A stretch of 64,000 nucleotides of DNA, from contig JBBIML010000009.1 of the NCBI GenBank assembly GCA_037444405.1, positions 150,146-214,145 on the forward strand, in the 5' to 3' direction. How positions within the stretch are numbered: the first letter of the stretch is position 1; each line of letters starts with the position of its first letter. The stretch comes from Armatimonadota bacterium (GTDB taxonomy: Bacteria > Armatimonadota > Fimbriimonadia > Fimbriimonadales > GBS-DC). Shown here in pieces: positions 34,367 to 43,461 of this stretch. Under the pieces are notes generated by a model, which was not told where the DNA came from, did no database searches, and saw only the letters and a list, made by a program, of their open reading frames with translations. A program made the translations under genes and the position numbers.

Positions 34367-35866
34367 TCAGCGTGAGGTTCCTGCCGCAGGTATGCCGAGC
34401 TGATCCCAGAGGGCATCGATTCGCGCCTTCACTTCAGGCGACATGCGAATCACCTCGGGCCACTCGCGCTGGAAGCCCTCCTCTTTCCATTTGCGCGTGG
34501 CATCAAATCCGATTTTGCTGCCGAAACCGACGGCAGGGCTGGCGTGATCCAGCACATCCACGGGACCTTTGACGATGCACATATCGCGTTCGGGGTCCAC
34601 ATTTGCGCCCCAGCGCCACAGCACCTCGCCCAGATCATGCACATTCACATCCTCATCGAACACCACGATGAACTTGCTGAACATCAGCTGCCCCAGCCCC
34701 CACAGCGCGTGCATCACCTTGAAGGCGTGCCCCGGATAGCGTTTGCGGATGCTCACAAAGCAGAAGTTATGAAAGGCGCCTTCAACGGGCAGGTTTATGT
34801 CCACAATCTCCGGCAGCGTGAGGCGAATAAGCGGCAGGAAGATGCGCTCGATGGCTTTGCCAATCCAGCCGTCCTCCATCGGCGGCACGCCTACGATCGT
34901 GGCAGGGTACACAGGGTTCTGACGATGGGTGATCGCGCTCACATGGAACACGGGATAGTAATCGGGCAGGCTGTAATAACCGGTGTGGTCGCCGAAGGGT
35001 CCCTCCAGACAGCGTTCACCGGGCTGAATCGTGCCCTCGATTACAATCTCGGCGTTTGCGGGCACAAGCAGGTCGACGGTGCGGGCGGGCACCAGCTCAA
35101 CAGGCTTTTTACGCAGGAAGCCCGCGAACATCAGTTCATCGATGCCGGGCGGCAGGGGTGCAACTGCACTGAAGATGAGCGCGGGATCGCCGCCCAGAAC
35201 CACCGCCACCTGAATGGGGCGACCGTGCGCCTCAGCGTTTTGATGGTGCGCGGCGCCACCCTTGTGAATCTGCCAGTGCATCGCGGTCGTACGCCGATCC
35301 AGCACCTGAATGCGGTACATGCCCACATTCCGCCTGCCTGTGTTCGGGTCATGGGTGAACACCAGCGGCAGCGTGATGTACCGACCGCCGTCGCCCGGCC
35401 AGCAGTGCAGGATGGGCAGCTCGAACAGATCGACCGCATCGCCCGTTTTGACCACCTCCTGGCAGATGCCCTCCCTGACAATGGTGGGCGGCACGCTGCG
35501 GGCGACCTGTAGCAGTTTGCCGACTTGCGGCAACAGTTGCGGCAGCGCCTGCAGCTTGCCCATCAGCCCGCCGCTGAGCGTGGGCAGCTCCGGCTGGAGC
35601 AGTTGCTCAATCTCGCGAGCAATCTGCTCATAGTCATCGACGCCGAGCGCAAGGCTCATCCGTCGCCGTGAACCGAGCGTGTTGATGGCGATCGGGATAT
35701 CGGAGCCTTTCGGACGCTCTATCAGCAAGGCGGGACCACCCTGCTTCATCACGCGGTCCGCGACCTCCGTGACCTCCAGATAGGGGTCTAACGGATAATG
35801 GATACGGCACAGCTCATTCTCCTGCTCCAGGCGTAGCAGAAACTCCTGAAAGTCGCGATATGCCAT
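34367..35866 (-). CDS. UbiD-family decarboxylase, menaquinone (futalosine pathway) type
   Basis: WPGDGGRYIT, RNVGMYR, MHWQIHK, EGPFGDHTGYY, PPMED, HALWGLGQLMFSK. Confidence 0.92.
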   Translation of the reverse strand: MAYRDFQEFLLRLEQENELCRIHYPLDPYLEVTEVADRVMKQGGPALLIERPKGSDIPIAINTLGSRRRMSLALGVDDYEQIAREIEQLLQPELPTLSGGLMGKLQALPQLLPQVGKLLQVARSVPPTIVREGICQEVVKTGDAVDLFELPILHCWPGDGGRYITLPLVFTHDPNTGRRNVGMYRIQVLDRRTTAMHWQIHKGGAAHHQNAEAHGRPIQVAVVLGGDPALIFSAVAPLPPGIDELMFAGFLRKKPVELVPARTVDLLVPANAEIVIEGTIQPGERCLEGPFGDHTGYYSLPDYYPVFHVSAITHRQNPVYPATIVGVPPMEDGWIGKAIERIFLPLIRLTLPEIVDINLPVEGAFHNFCFVSIRKRYPGHAFKVMHALWGLGQLMFSKFIVVFDEDVNVHDLGEVLWRWGANVDPERDMCIVKGPVDVLDHASPAVGFGSKIGFDATRKWKEEGFQREWPEVIRMSPEVKARIDALWDQLGIPAAGTSR

Positions 35867-35873
35867 CGCTCCA

Positions 35874-37022
35874 CTATCTCCCACGCAACAGCCCCGAACC
35901 CCATAGCACGGCTAAAGTGGAGAGGGCGGAGGTAACCTGCCCGTAGTCGAGGCGTTTGGTCTCGGCGATATAGACGACATCGCCTTCGCGGATGGGTGGG
36001 TTCGCGCTCGCGTCGCCCCGCTTCAGAAAACGCTGATAGGGGATTTCGAGCCGCTTGACCTCACCGTTTTCGAGGCGCAGCACATAGACGCGCGAGGTCA
36101 GCGCACGGGCGGTGGTGCCACCTGCCAGCCCAATCGCGTCCGACAGCAGCAGCGGTTTACCTTCGGGAATGAGATAGTAGCCCGGGTGGGCAACCTGACC
36201 CACAATCGCGAACCGACTGAGATTGGTCGGGATGACCAGCAGGTCGCCATCCTGCAGGCGCACATTCTGCTCGATACGCCCCTCCACGATCGCGGCATAC
36301 AGGTCGACGGGAATGAAGCTGCCTTTGCGGTCGATGAAGGCGCGGCGCAGGCTGGCATTTTCGGGATGATAGCCCTGCGCGGCGGCGACCGCCTGCACCA
36401 CGCCGCTGCCCATCTCCAGATCGTAAAAGCCCGGCGCATTCACCTGCCCGCTCACATAGACGCGGATAGTCTGCTGCTGCTGGACGCTGATTTTGTCGCC
36501 GGGTTGCAAGGGAATGTTGGCGGCGGGATCGCCCCGATGATAGAGCGCCACGAGGTCTAACGGGATGGTCTGCTCGCCGCGCATGAGGAACGCAACCGCG
36601 CGTTCCGGCAGAATCTTGAGACCTTCGGCGGCGGCAATCGCCTCGAACACGCGCCAGCCGGGTTGAATAGGATAGGCGCCGGGCTTGCCAACCTGTCCCT
36701 CCACAAACACAAGCTGGGGGCGCGCCCGCTTGAGCGACACCGACACCACCGGCTCGCGCAGGCGCTGGCGCAACGCAACGCACAGCTGCTCCTCCAGCTG
36801 CTGCAGGGTCAGCCCGCGCACGCTGAGAGCGCCCGCGCCGTGAAACAGCACACGCCCATCGGGCGGCACCTCATACTCGCCACTGAACTCCGGATGACGC
36901 ACAACCACCACCGAAATCACATCGCCTGTGTCGAGGGTGTAGGTGTTGTTCTGGCGCAGGGACGCCAGGCTGGTGTGCCAGAGGGTCAGTATCAGCCCGA
37001 TGCAGAGTACCGCTCGCTTCAT
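35874..37022 (-). CDS. Polysaccharide export protein (Wza/OPX family, SLBB domains)
   Basis: YTLDTGDVI...VPPDGRV Poly_export domain, three V.GQV..PG.Y SLBB repeats. Confidence 0.9.
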   Translation of the reverse strand: MKRAVLCIGLILTLWHTSLASLRQNNTYTLDTGDVISVVVVRHPEFSGEYEVPPDGRVLFHGAGALSVRGLTLQQLEEQLCVALRQRLREPVVSVSLKRARPQLVFVEGQVGKPGAYPIQPGWRVFEAIAAAEGLKILPERAVAFLMRGEQTIPLDLVALYHRGDPAANIPLQPGDKISVQQQQTIRVYVSGQVNAPGFYDLEMGSGVVQAVAAAQGYHPENASLRRAFIDRKGSFIPVDLYAAIVEGRIEQNVRLQDGDLLVIPTNLSRFAIVGQVAHPGYYLIPEGKPLLLSDAIGLAGGTTARALTSRVYVLRLENGEVKRLEIPYQRFLKRGDASANPPIREGDVVYIAETKRLDYGQVTSALSTLAVLWGSGLLRGR

Positions 37023-38833
37023 GCGCGCGTCTCCTCCTGTACCAGAATGGCTCCAACAACCTGCGGTTGCAGATTCTGCAACATCAGCAGTTGCTGGTCG
37101 TCCAGTTCGAGGTCGCGGGGCACGAGCAGCAGCAGGCGCTGGGACTCGCTGAGGTCTGCCCGCCCCGCCTCACACACCTGCAGCAGCCCGTTAGTGGCAG
37201 CGGGCAGCTCCGCGCTGCTTGCGGGAAGGGATGATTGCCCTGCCCCATCTGCTTTTTCTGGCGCACTGTGGGAGACGGAGGGCGCTGGCTGGGTGATTTC
37301 TGTCAGGGCGCGGGTGATGTGCGCGGTGGCAGGCGTATCAGCCAGTGGCAGGGCGATCGCCGTATGCCACTGCTCGCCGCCACCTGCCGCGCGCAGGCTC
37401 CAGAGCAACATCTGCAGATGCTGACTATTGAGCTGAGACGGTTTAACCTCTGCCAGCACAGGCACACCCAGCAATCGCTCCACATCCCAGCGCGTGCGCA
37501 GGCGCCGCTCGTTCCACGCCCGAATGAATGCCAGCATCAGCCCCACCATCAAGCCGAGCGCGGCGGCGAGCGTGGTGGTCAGCACGGGGCGCGGAAAAGC
37601 GGGCAGATCAGGCAGGTAGGCAGGCTCCAGCAAGATAGGCGACACACGCCCGATCAGCTGCAGCGCCCGCGCCTGCTCATAGGCTTTAATCTTCTCGGTC
37701 CAGATCGTCTGGGCGACCTCCTGCTGGCGCCGAATCGCGCCATATTCCGCCATTAAGGCAGGCACGCGGCGGAACTGGCGCTCTAACTGCGCCTGCTCGC
37801 CCTGCAGATAGCGAATCAGCCCATCGGTCGCCTCACGCTCCGCTTCCGTTAGCAGGAGCGCCTGCAACATCTGCTGATACACGGGGTTCACCGATTCCTG
37901 GCGCGTGAGCAATTTAAATTCGCCCTGAACCGCGTTCTGCAGCAGACGCGCCCGCTCGCGCCGTGCCTGCTCAATCTGAATCTCCAGTGCGCGTGCCTCT
38001 GGCGAATCGGGCTGGTACTCACTGCGCTCAATCTGCAACTCTGCGATTTTCTTGTTGAGTTCCTGCACTTCGGGCGGGATAGCGATTGTGCGGCTCATCT
38101 CCATCGAGAGGGGCTGGCGGGCTAACTGCGCCCGCAGCTCGGCGACCTGACGGGTGAGCGCGCGCTGCTTGCCCTGTTGCTCGCGCAGCTGAGCCAGCAG
38201 GTCGATATATTTCTCCATGCCTTTCGCCAGCTCCTGATCGGGCGCAACAAGCCGCTTCTGCTCCAGAAAGCGCACCAGCTGTTCATCCAGCTCGCGCAGG
38301 CGTTGCTCCTGCGCCTCGATTTCGCGCGAGAGCTTCGCCAGCAGGTTGCTGGGGTTCTGGTCGTACAGTTCGCGCACGAAGCGGAGATATTCCTCTGCCC
38401 AGGTGCTGGCGAGGCGGGCGGCTCTGGAGGGCGTCTCGTCGGAGGCGGTAATCTCGATCACCGATGAGTTACGCACGGCTTGCGTGCGGAATCGGCGGCT
38501 GAACTGCCGATAGGGTTCCTCATAGCCCAGTCGCTTCTGCACGCGCTCCAGCACAGAGCGCGATTCCAGCACCTGCCGCTGCGTTTCGATGTCGGGACTG
38601 CCGCCGCCCAGCACCATCGTCAGCCCGCCAAGGCTGGGCATCGGGGTGGGCGTATCGATGAGCAGCTGTGCGGAGGCGTCATAGCGTTTGGGCGCGAACA
38701 GCACAATCCCCAGCCCCAGCAGAATGCCCAGCGCCAAGCCGCCTGCTATCCAGCGCCACTGGCAACGCAGCGCATGAGCCAGCCATGGCAGGGCAATCGT
38801 GGTCTCGCGCTCTACCCAGCTTCCCTCCTGCAT
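37019..38833 (-). CDS. Polysaccharide co-polymerase (Wzz/Wzc/GumC family) with degenerate cytoplasmic tail
   Basis: TM1 plus PKRYDASA, long coiled coil, Pro-rich segment before TM2, DVERLLGVPVLA; no Walker A or Tyr cluster. Confidence 0.85.
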   Translation of the reverse strand: MQEGSWVERETTIALPWLAHALRCQWRWIAGGLALGILLGLGIVLFAPKRYDASAQLLIDTPTPMPSLGGLTMVLGGGSPDIETQRQVLESRSVLERVQKRLGYEEPYRQFSRRFRTQAVRNSSVIEITASDETPSRAARLASTWAEEYLRFVRELYDQNPSNLLAKLSREIEAQEQRLRELDEQLVRFLEQKRLVAPDQELAKGMEKYIDLLAQLREQQGKQRALTRQVAELRAQLARQPLSMEMSRTIAIPPEVQELNKKIAELQIERSEYQPDSPEARALEIQIEQARRERARLLQNAVQGEFKLLTRQESVNPVYQQMLQALLLTEAEREATDGLIRYLQGEQAQLERQFRRVPALMAEYGAIRRQQEVAQTIWTEKIKAYEQARALQLIGRVSPILLEPAYLPDLPAFPRPVLTTTLAAALGLMVGLMLAFIRAWNERRLRTRWDVERLLGVPVLAEVKPSQLNSQHLQMLLWSLRAAGGGEQWHTAIALPLADTPATAHITRALTEITQPAPSVSHSAPEKADGAGQSSLPASSAELPAATNGLLQVCEAGRADLSESQRLLLLVPRDLELDDQQLLMLQNLQPQVVGAILVQEETRA

Positions 38834-38866
38834 GGTCGTCGCGTTTGCATTATACCTGCAGGGTTG

Positions 38867-40456
38867 CTAAAAGCCTGCTGCCATCCCTTCGGTGCGAGGG
38901 TCGGAACCGGCGTACCAGGCGTCGCGCACGCGCTGGATGACCTGCGCCGCGCTGGGGTGCGTGCCATACTCATTCACCTGCACGCTGTGCCCGCGCCGGC
39001 GCAACTCCTCCACGATGGCGTTCGACGGCTCGCGCTCGGTGGTGGGCACTTCGATGCTGAGCGTGCCGGGCGATGGCTCCGTGCTTTGAGCGGGTTGCCA
39101 CGCCCAGCGCGGCTGTTCAATCGCACTCTGCGGGTCGCGCTCAAAATCGATCAGCTGCGAAATCACCTGCAGGTTCGTCTGCACCTGGATGTCGCCGCCA
39201 GGCGTGCCGCCCACAAAGGCGAGCGCGCCCCGGCGCGTGATGAGATAGGCGTTCAGCGTGTGAATGGGGCGCTTGCCCGGTTGCAGGTAGTTCGGGCTTT
39301 GCGGGTTCAGGCTGAAGCCCCGCATGCGGTTGTTCAGCAAGATGCCTGTGCCCTCAATCACCACGCCGCAGCCGAACGGGTGGTAAACGCTCTGAATGAA
39401 GGAGATGGCGTTGCCCTCTTTGTCGGCGATGCAGAAGTAAGTGGTGTTGGTCTCGCGCAGGGCACCCGGCTGAGGGATCGCCTGGGCGCGAGCCGGTTGA
39501 ATCGCCTCCCGCCGACTGGCAATGAACTCTGGCGAGAGCAGCTCCGCGGTTCGGTCGGGCACAAGGCGCGGATCGCCCAGATAGCGCCAGCGGTCGGCAA
39601 ACGCGCACTTGATGGCTTCCACCATCCAGTGAACGCGGTCAGCAGGCGCCATCTCGCGCAGGTTGACTCCATCCAGAATCGCCAGCGCCTCCGCCAGGAT
39701 AATCCCCTGCGACACGGGCGGCTGGGCATGCACCGTGTAGCCGCGATAGTTGACCTTCAGCGGCTCACGCAGCTCCGACGCATGCGACGCCAGATCCTCC
39801 GGTTCGAACCAGCCTCCCTGCTGACGGCAGAACTCGACGATTCGGCGGGCGATATCGCCTTTGTAGAAGGCGTCGCGCCCGCCCTCGGCGATCTGTTGTA
39901 GGGTACGGGCGAGGTCGGGACAGCGCACGCGCTCGCCCGCGCGCGGCGGCTGGTTCTGATGGAGCAGCGCATTAATAATGGGGCGCAGTTCACGACTGCG
40001 TGCCGCGTTGCGCCAGATGGCTTCCTTGCGCGGGCTGATGGGATAGCCCTCGCGCGCATACTCGATCGCAGGTTCAAGCAGGCGGGCAAAAGGCAGCTTG
40101 CCGTAAAGCGCGTGCAGGCGTGCCCATGCGTCCACCAGTCCGGGCACGGTGGCGGCGCTGATACCGCGCAGGGGAATGCCACTGGGAAATCGCTCCGGCT
40201 TGCCCGCGGCGGGCGCAGCGCCCGAACCGTTCAGCGCGAGCGTCTGCCGGTGCTCCGCATCGTACAGCACCACGAACGCATCGCCACCCAGATGGCTCGC
40301 CCACGGCTCCACCACGCACAGCACCGCCGAGGTGGCAATAGCTGCATCCACACAGCTGCCACCCGAGCGCAGGATGTGCAGACCTGCGCTGACCGCCAGC
40401 GGCTGCGACGACGCCACAATGCCCTTTTCAGCCACCACTACACCGCGTGAGAGCAT
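38867..40456 (-). CDS. ggt: Gamma-glutamyltransferase
   Basis: ASSQPLAVSAG, LGGDAF, autocleavage NTTYF, LNNRM, GKRPIHTL, GTPGG, SDPR; start moved to ATG 40456 because the longer ORF overlaps the SRP RNA. Confidence 0.93.
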   Translation of the reverse strand: MLSRGVVVAEKGIVASSQPLAVSAGLHILRSGGSCVDAAIATSAVLCVVEPWASHLGGDAFVVLYDAEHRQTLALNGSGAAPAAGKPERFPSGIPLRGISAATVPGLVDAWARLHALYGKLPFARLLEPAIEYAREGYPISPRKEAIWRNAARSRELRPIINALLHQNQPPRAGERVRCPDLARTLQQIAEGGRDAFYKGDIARRIVEFCRQQGGWFEPEDLASHASELREPLKVNYRGYTVHAQPPVSQGIILAEALAILDGVNLREMAPADRVHWMVEAIKCAFADRWRYLGDPRLVPDRTAELLSPEFIASRREAIQPARAQAIPQPGALRETNTTYFCIADKEGNAISFIQSVYHPFGCGVVIEGTGILLNNRMRGFSLNPQSPNYLQPGKRPIHTLNAYLITRRGALAFVGGTPGGDIQVQTNLQVISQLIDFERDPQSAIEQPRWAWQPAQSTEPSPGTLSIEVPTTEREPSNAIVEELRRRGHSVQVNEYGTHPSAAQVIQRVRDAWYAGSDPRTEGMAAGF

Positions 40457-40469
40457 GGCTTTGCCCGAT

Positions 40470-40744
40470 GGTGGTCGCGCACCGGCTGTTGTCGTGCCCC
40501 TCCGCGGCGTCTGACCGACCCACCGCTCCGACCGGGATGACTCCGGCACACGGGAGACCGACTTACCGTTGCTCCCTTCCGGGCCTGGCGGGGTTCATCG
40601 ATCCCTCGTTGCGAAGGTCCCGATCATCCACGCGGCGGTCCGCCAGCGTTTCGCACAGGGGACGCGCCGCGAGCCGGAATTCAGCCCTGCTATGGCGGAT
40701 TGCAGGTACAGGGAACCGCCAGCTCCCCGCTTAGCGCGACCACC
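40470..40744 (-). ncRNA. ffs: Signal recognition particle RNA, large bacterial type with Alu domain
   Basis: Minus strand carries helix 8 GAACCCCGCCAGGCCCGGAAGGGAGCAACGGU and a 5' Alu segment GCUAAGCGGGGAGCUGGCGGUUCCCUGUACCUGCAAUCCGCCAUAGCAGGG; 11-bp terminal stem GGUGGUCGCGC/GCGCGACCACC; GGTACACT box at 40751-40758. Confidence 0.95.
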
Positions 40745-40769
40745 AGCAAAAGTGTACCCGCTCAGCAGG

Positions 40770-41756
40770 CTATCCCTGCACCGCAACGGGCGCGCCACCC
40801 GCCTTTGCCGATTGCCACGCCGCCTCCGTGAAGGCAATCACCTTCAGCGCGTCTTCAGGCTTCGACTGCACCTCCTCGCGCCCCAGGATTGCGTTCACGA
40901 AGTTAATCACCGGCTGCGAGCCTTCGGGCAGGTTCTCTGGGCGATAGCGATTGCCGTTCGCATCGCAAATCTCCAGCTGGTCCTGACGAATGAGATAGGT
41001 CGCCTCACTGCCCACGATAGTGATCTCCTCGTGCCAGCCGACGGTAGTGCTGCCGACAATCGACAGGTTGCCAATCGCGCCGCTGGCGTACTCAAACGCC
41101 AGCGCGGAGTTGATATCGACGGGCACATCGAAATACTGCATATACGCGCTCACCTTTGTCGCTGGCGCGTCCACAATCCAGAGCAAGAAATCGACCAGAT
41201 GGCTGCCCGTGTCGTTGAGCTGACCGCCGCCCGAAAGGGCGGGGTCCTGACGCCATGTGCCGCGCGTCATGCGATACCAGCGCTGCAGGTTAATCGCCTG
41301 CACGAAGTGGAGGTCGCCAATCTCGCCGCGCCGGATGCCCTCGTACACATAGCGATAGATGGGGATATAGTGGCGCTGATAGGCGACCAGCCCCACTTTG
41401 CCCGTCTCCTTGAAGCGCTTCACCAGAATGCGTGCATGCTCGCTGGTGCAGACCATCGGCTTCTCAATCATCACATGCAAGCCCCTATCCAGCGCGTCCA
41501 TCGCCTGCTGAAAGTGCAGGGTGTGCGGGGTGATAATCAGCACGCCGTCCAGCTCCACCTGATCGAGCATGGTGCGATAGTCGTCGAAGAAGGGCACCTC
41601 CTGCAGGTGCGGGAACCGCTCCAGCGTGCGAGCGCGCTGCTCCTCGCTCGGCTCCGCAATCGCAACGACCGAAGCCTCCGAAACGCCCTGAAGCACATTC
41701 AGGTGGTGGCGTGCCATGCCACCACAGCCAATCAGACCCAATCGTACCTGACTCAT
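40770..41756 (-). CDS. Gfo/Idh/MocA family oxidoreductase
   Basis: GLIGCGGMA, ITPHTLH, EKPM, GGGQLNDTGSH; SD AGGAG. Confidence 0.93.
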   Translation of the reverse strand: MSQVRLGLIGCGGMARHHLNVLQGVSEASVVAIAEPSEEQRARTLERFPHLQEVPFFDDYRTMLDQVELDGVLIITPHTLHFQQAMDALDRGLHVMIEKPMVCTSEHARILVKRFKETGKVGLVAYQRHYIPIYRYVYEGIRRGEIGDLHFVQAINLQRWYRMTRGTWRQDPALSGGGQLNDTGSHLVDFLLWIVDAPATKVSAYMQYFDVPVDINSALAFEYASGAIGNLSIVGSTTVGWHEEITIVGSEATYLIRQDQLEICDANGNRYRPENLPEGSQPVINFVNAILGREEVQSKPEDALKVIAFTEAAWQSAKAGGAPVAVQG

Positions 41757-41863
41757 AACGCTCTCCTCCTTCGTTGCATTCAAGCCTCTTTCGACAGCGG
41801 AACGGTGTTCCCTGTTCTGTTCGGCAGGAAGTTCGCCTGCAGGGGCGAACTGAAGGCGTCAGG

Positions 41864-42394
41864 ATGCAGGAAGAATTGATCGAGAGCCGCGTGCTGTATC
41901 GGGGGCGCGTGGTGACCCTTCGCCTCGATACGGTGCGCCTGCCCAACGGCACGATTGCCCAGCGGGAGATCGTGGAGCATCGGGGCGCGGTGGCGATTGT
42001 GCCGCTGATGGATGCCGACACCGTGCTGCTCATTCGCCAGTATCGGCGGGCGGTCGGTGAAACCCTGCTCGAAATCCCCGCCGGCACGCTGGAGCCAGAC
42101 GAACCGCCTGACCGCTGCGCCCAGCGTGAACTGGAAGAAGAAACGGGCTACCGCGCGGGCAATCTGCGCCACCTGTTCAGCCAGTACTTGGCGCCCGGCT
42201 ACTCGCAGGAGGTTCTGCATGTCTACCTGGCGGAGGAACTCACCCGCACCCGCCAGCAAACCGACGCCGACGAAATCGTGGAACTGGCGCCTGTGCCGCT
42301 CCAGCAGATTGAGCCGATGATCCTGAAAGGCGAAATTAAGGACGCCAAAACCATCGCGGGACTGCTGATGACGCTGAGGCTGATGAAGCGATGA
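41864..42394 (+). CDS. NUDIX hydrolase, ADP-ribose pyrophosphatase type
   Basis: REIVEHRGAV, RQYR, Nudix box EIPAGTLE...AQRELEEETG, IKDAKT. Confidence 0.93.
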   Translation: MQEELIESRVLYRGRVVTLRLDTVRLPNGTIAQREIVEHRGAVAIVPLMDADTVLLIRQYRRAVGETLLEIPAGTLEPDEPPDRCAQRELEEETGYRAGNLRHLFSQYLAPGYSQEVLHVYLAEELTRTRQQTDADEIVELAPVPLQQIEPMILKGEIKDAKTIAGLLMTLRLMKR

Positions 42395-43458
42395 AAAAGT
42401 TGAGCGAAATTCGCGCCCGAATTGATGAGATCGATGCGCAGCTGCTAACGCTGCTGAACGAGCGTGCCCGCTGTGCGCTGGAGATTGGCGCACTCAAACG
42501 CAACGCGAACAAGCCTTACTTCACGCCCGAACGCGAGCAGAGCATCTATCGCCGCCTGCAGAAGCTCAACACGGGTCCGCTCAGCCCCGAACAGCTGATG
42601 GCAATCTTTCGGGAGATTATCTCGGTGGCGCGCGCGCTCGAAAAGTCGCTCACAGTGGCGTTCTGGGGACCCGAGGGCACCTTCAGCCATCTGGCGGCGG
42701 TGCAATGCTTCGGGCGCTCGGCACAGTTCCTGCCAGTGGAGAGCATTCCCGATGTGTTCGCTGAGGTGGAGAAGTCGCACGCCGACTATGGCGTGGTGCC
42801 TGTGGAGAACTCGCTGGCGGGTGTCGTGCCCGAAACGCTGGACACCTTCCCCCACACCAATGTGCGAATCTGCATGGAACTCTATGTGCCGATTGTGCAT
42901 CATCTGCTGTCGCGCTGCCCGAGGCTGGAGTCGGTTCAGCGGGTATACGCGGGACCCCAGCCGCTCCAGCAGTGCCGCCGCTGGCTCCGCATGCACCTGC
43001 CCACTGCGGAGCTGATTGAGGTCTCCCCGACGGTCAAAGCCGCCCAGCGCGCGCTGGACGACCCGCACGGCGCCGCGATTGGCAACACGCTCACTGCCGA
43101 GCTGCTGGACATCCCCATCCTGTGCGAGCATATTGAAGACAACCCGCATAACCGCACGCGCTTTCTGGTGATTGGCTATAACGAGCCTGCGCCCACTGGC
43201 AGGGACAAGACCTCCCTGCTGTTCACGCTGCGCAATCGCCCGGGCGAACTCTATCACGCGCTGGGCGCTTTTGAGCGCAACGGCGTCAATATGACCATGA
43301 TCGAATCGCGCCCGAACCCGCGCGGCACCTTCGAGTACCTCTTTTTCGTGGACATTCAGGGTCACTATCGGGACGAGGCGGTTCAGCGCGCCCTGCGCGA
43401 GCTGGAAACCTGCGCCCTGGAGGTGGTGCTGCTCGGTTCCTACCCGGCTGCCGAATAG
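42391..43458 (+). CDS. pheA: Chorismate mutase / prephenate dehydratase
   Basis: IRARIDEID chorismate mutase, GPEGTFS, VPVENS, NRTRF, ACT domain IESRP. Confidence 0.96.
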   Translation: MKKLSEIRARIDEIDAQLLTLLNERARCALEIGALKRNANKPYFTPEREQSIYRRLQKLNTGPLSPEQLMAIFREIISVARALEKSLTVAFWGPEGTFSHLAAVQCFGRSAQFLPVESIPDVFAEVEKSHADYGVVPVENSLAGVVPETLDTFPHTNVRICMELYVPIVHHLLSRCPRLESVQRVYAGPQPLQQCRRWLRMHLPTAELIEVSPTVKAAQRALDDPHGAAIGNTLTAELLDIPILCEHIEDNPHNRTRFLVIGYNEPAPTGRDKTSLLFTLRNRPGELYHALGAFERNGVNMTMIESRPNPRGTFEYLFFVDIQGHYRDEAVQRALRELETCALEVVLLGSYPAAE

Positions 43459-43461
43459 AGC

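Noticed and set aside
40457..40549. 31-codon N-terminal extension of ggt in the ORF track
   Set aside because: It lies within the 3' part of the SRP RNA; GGT homology begins at ATG 40456.
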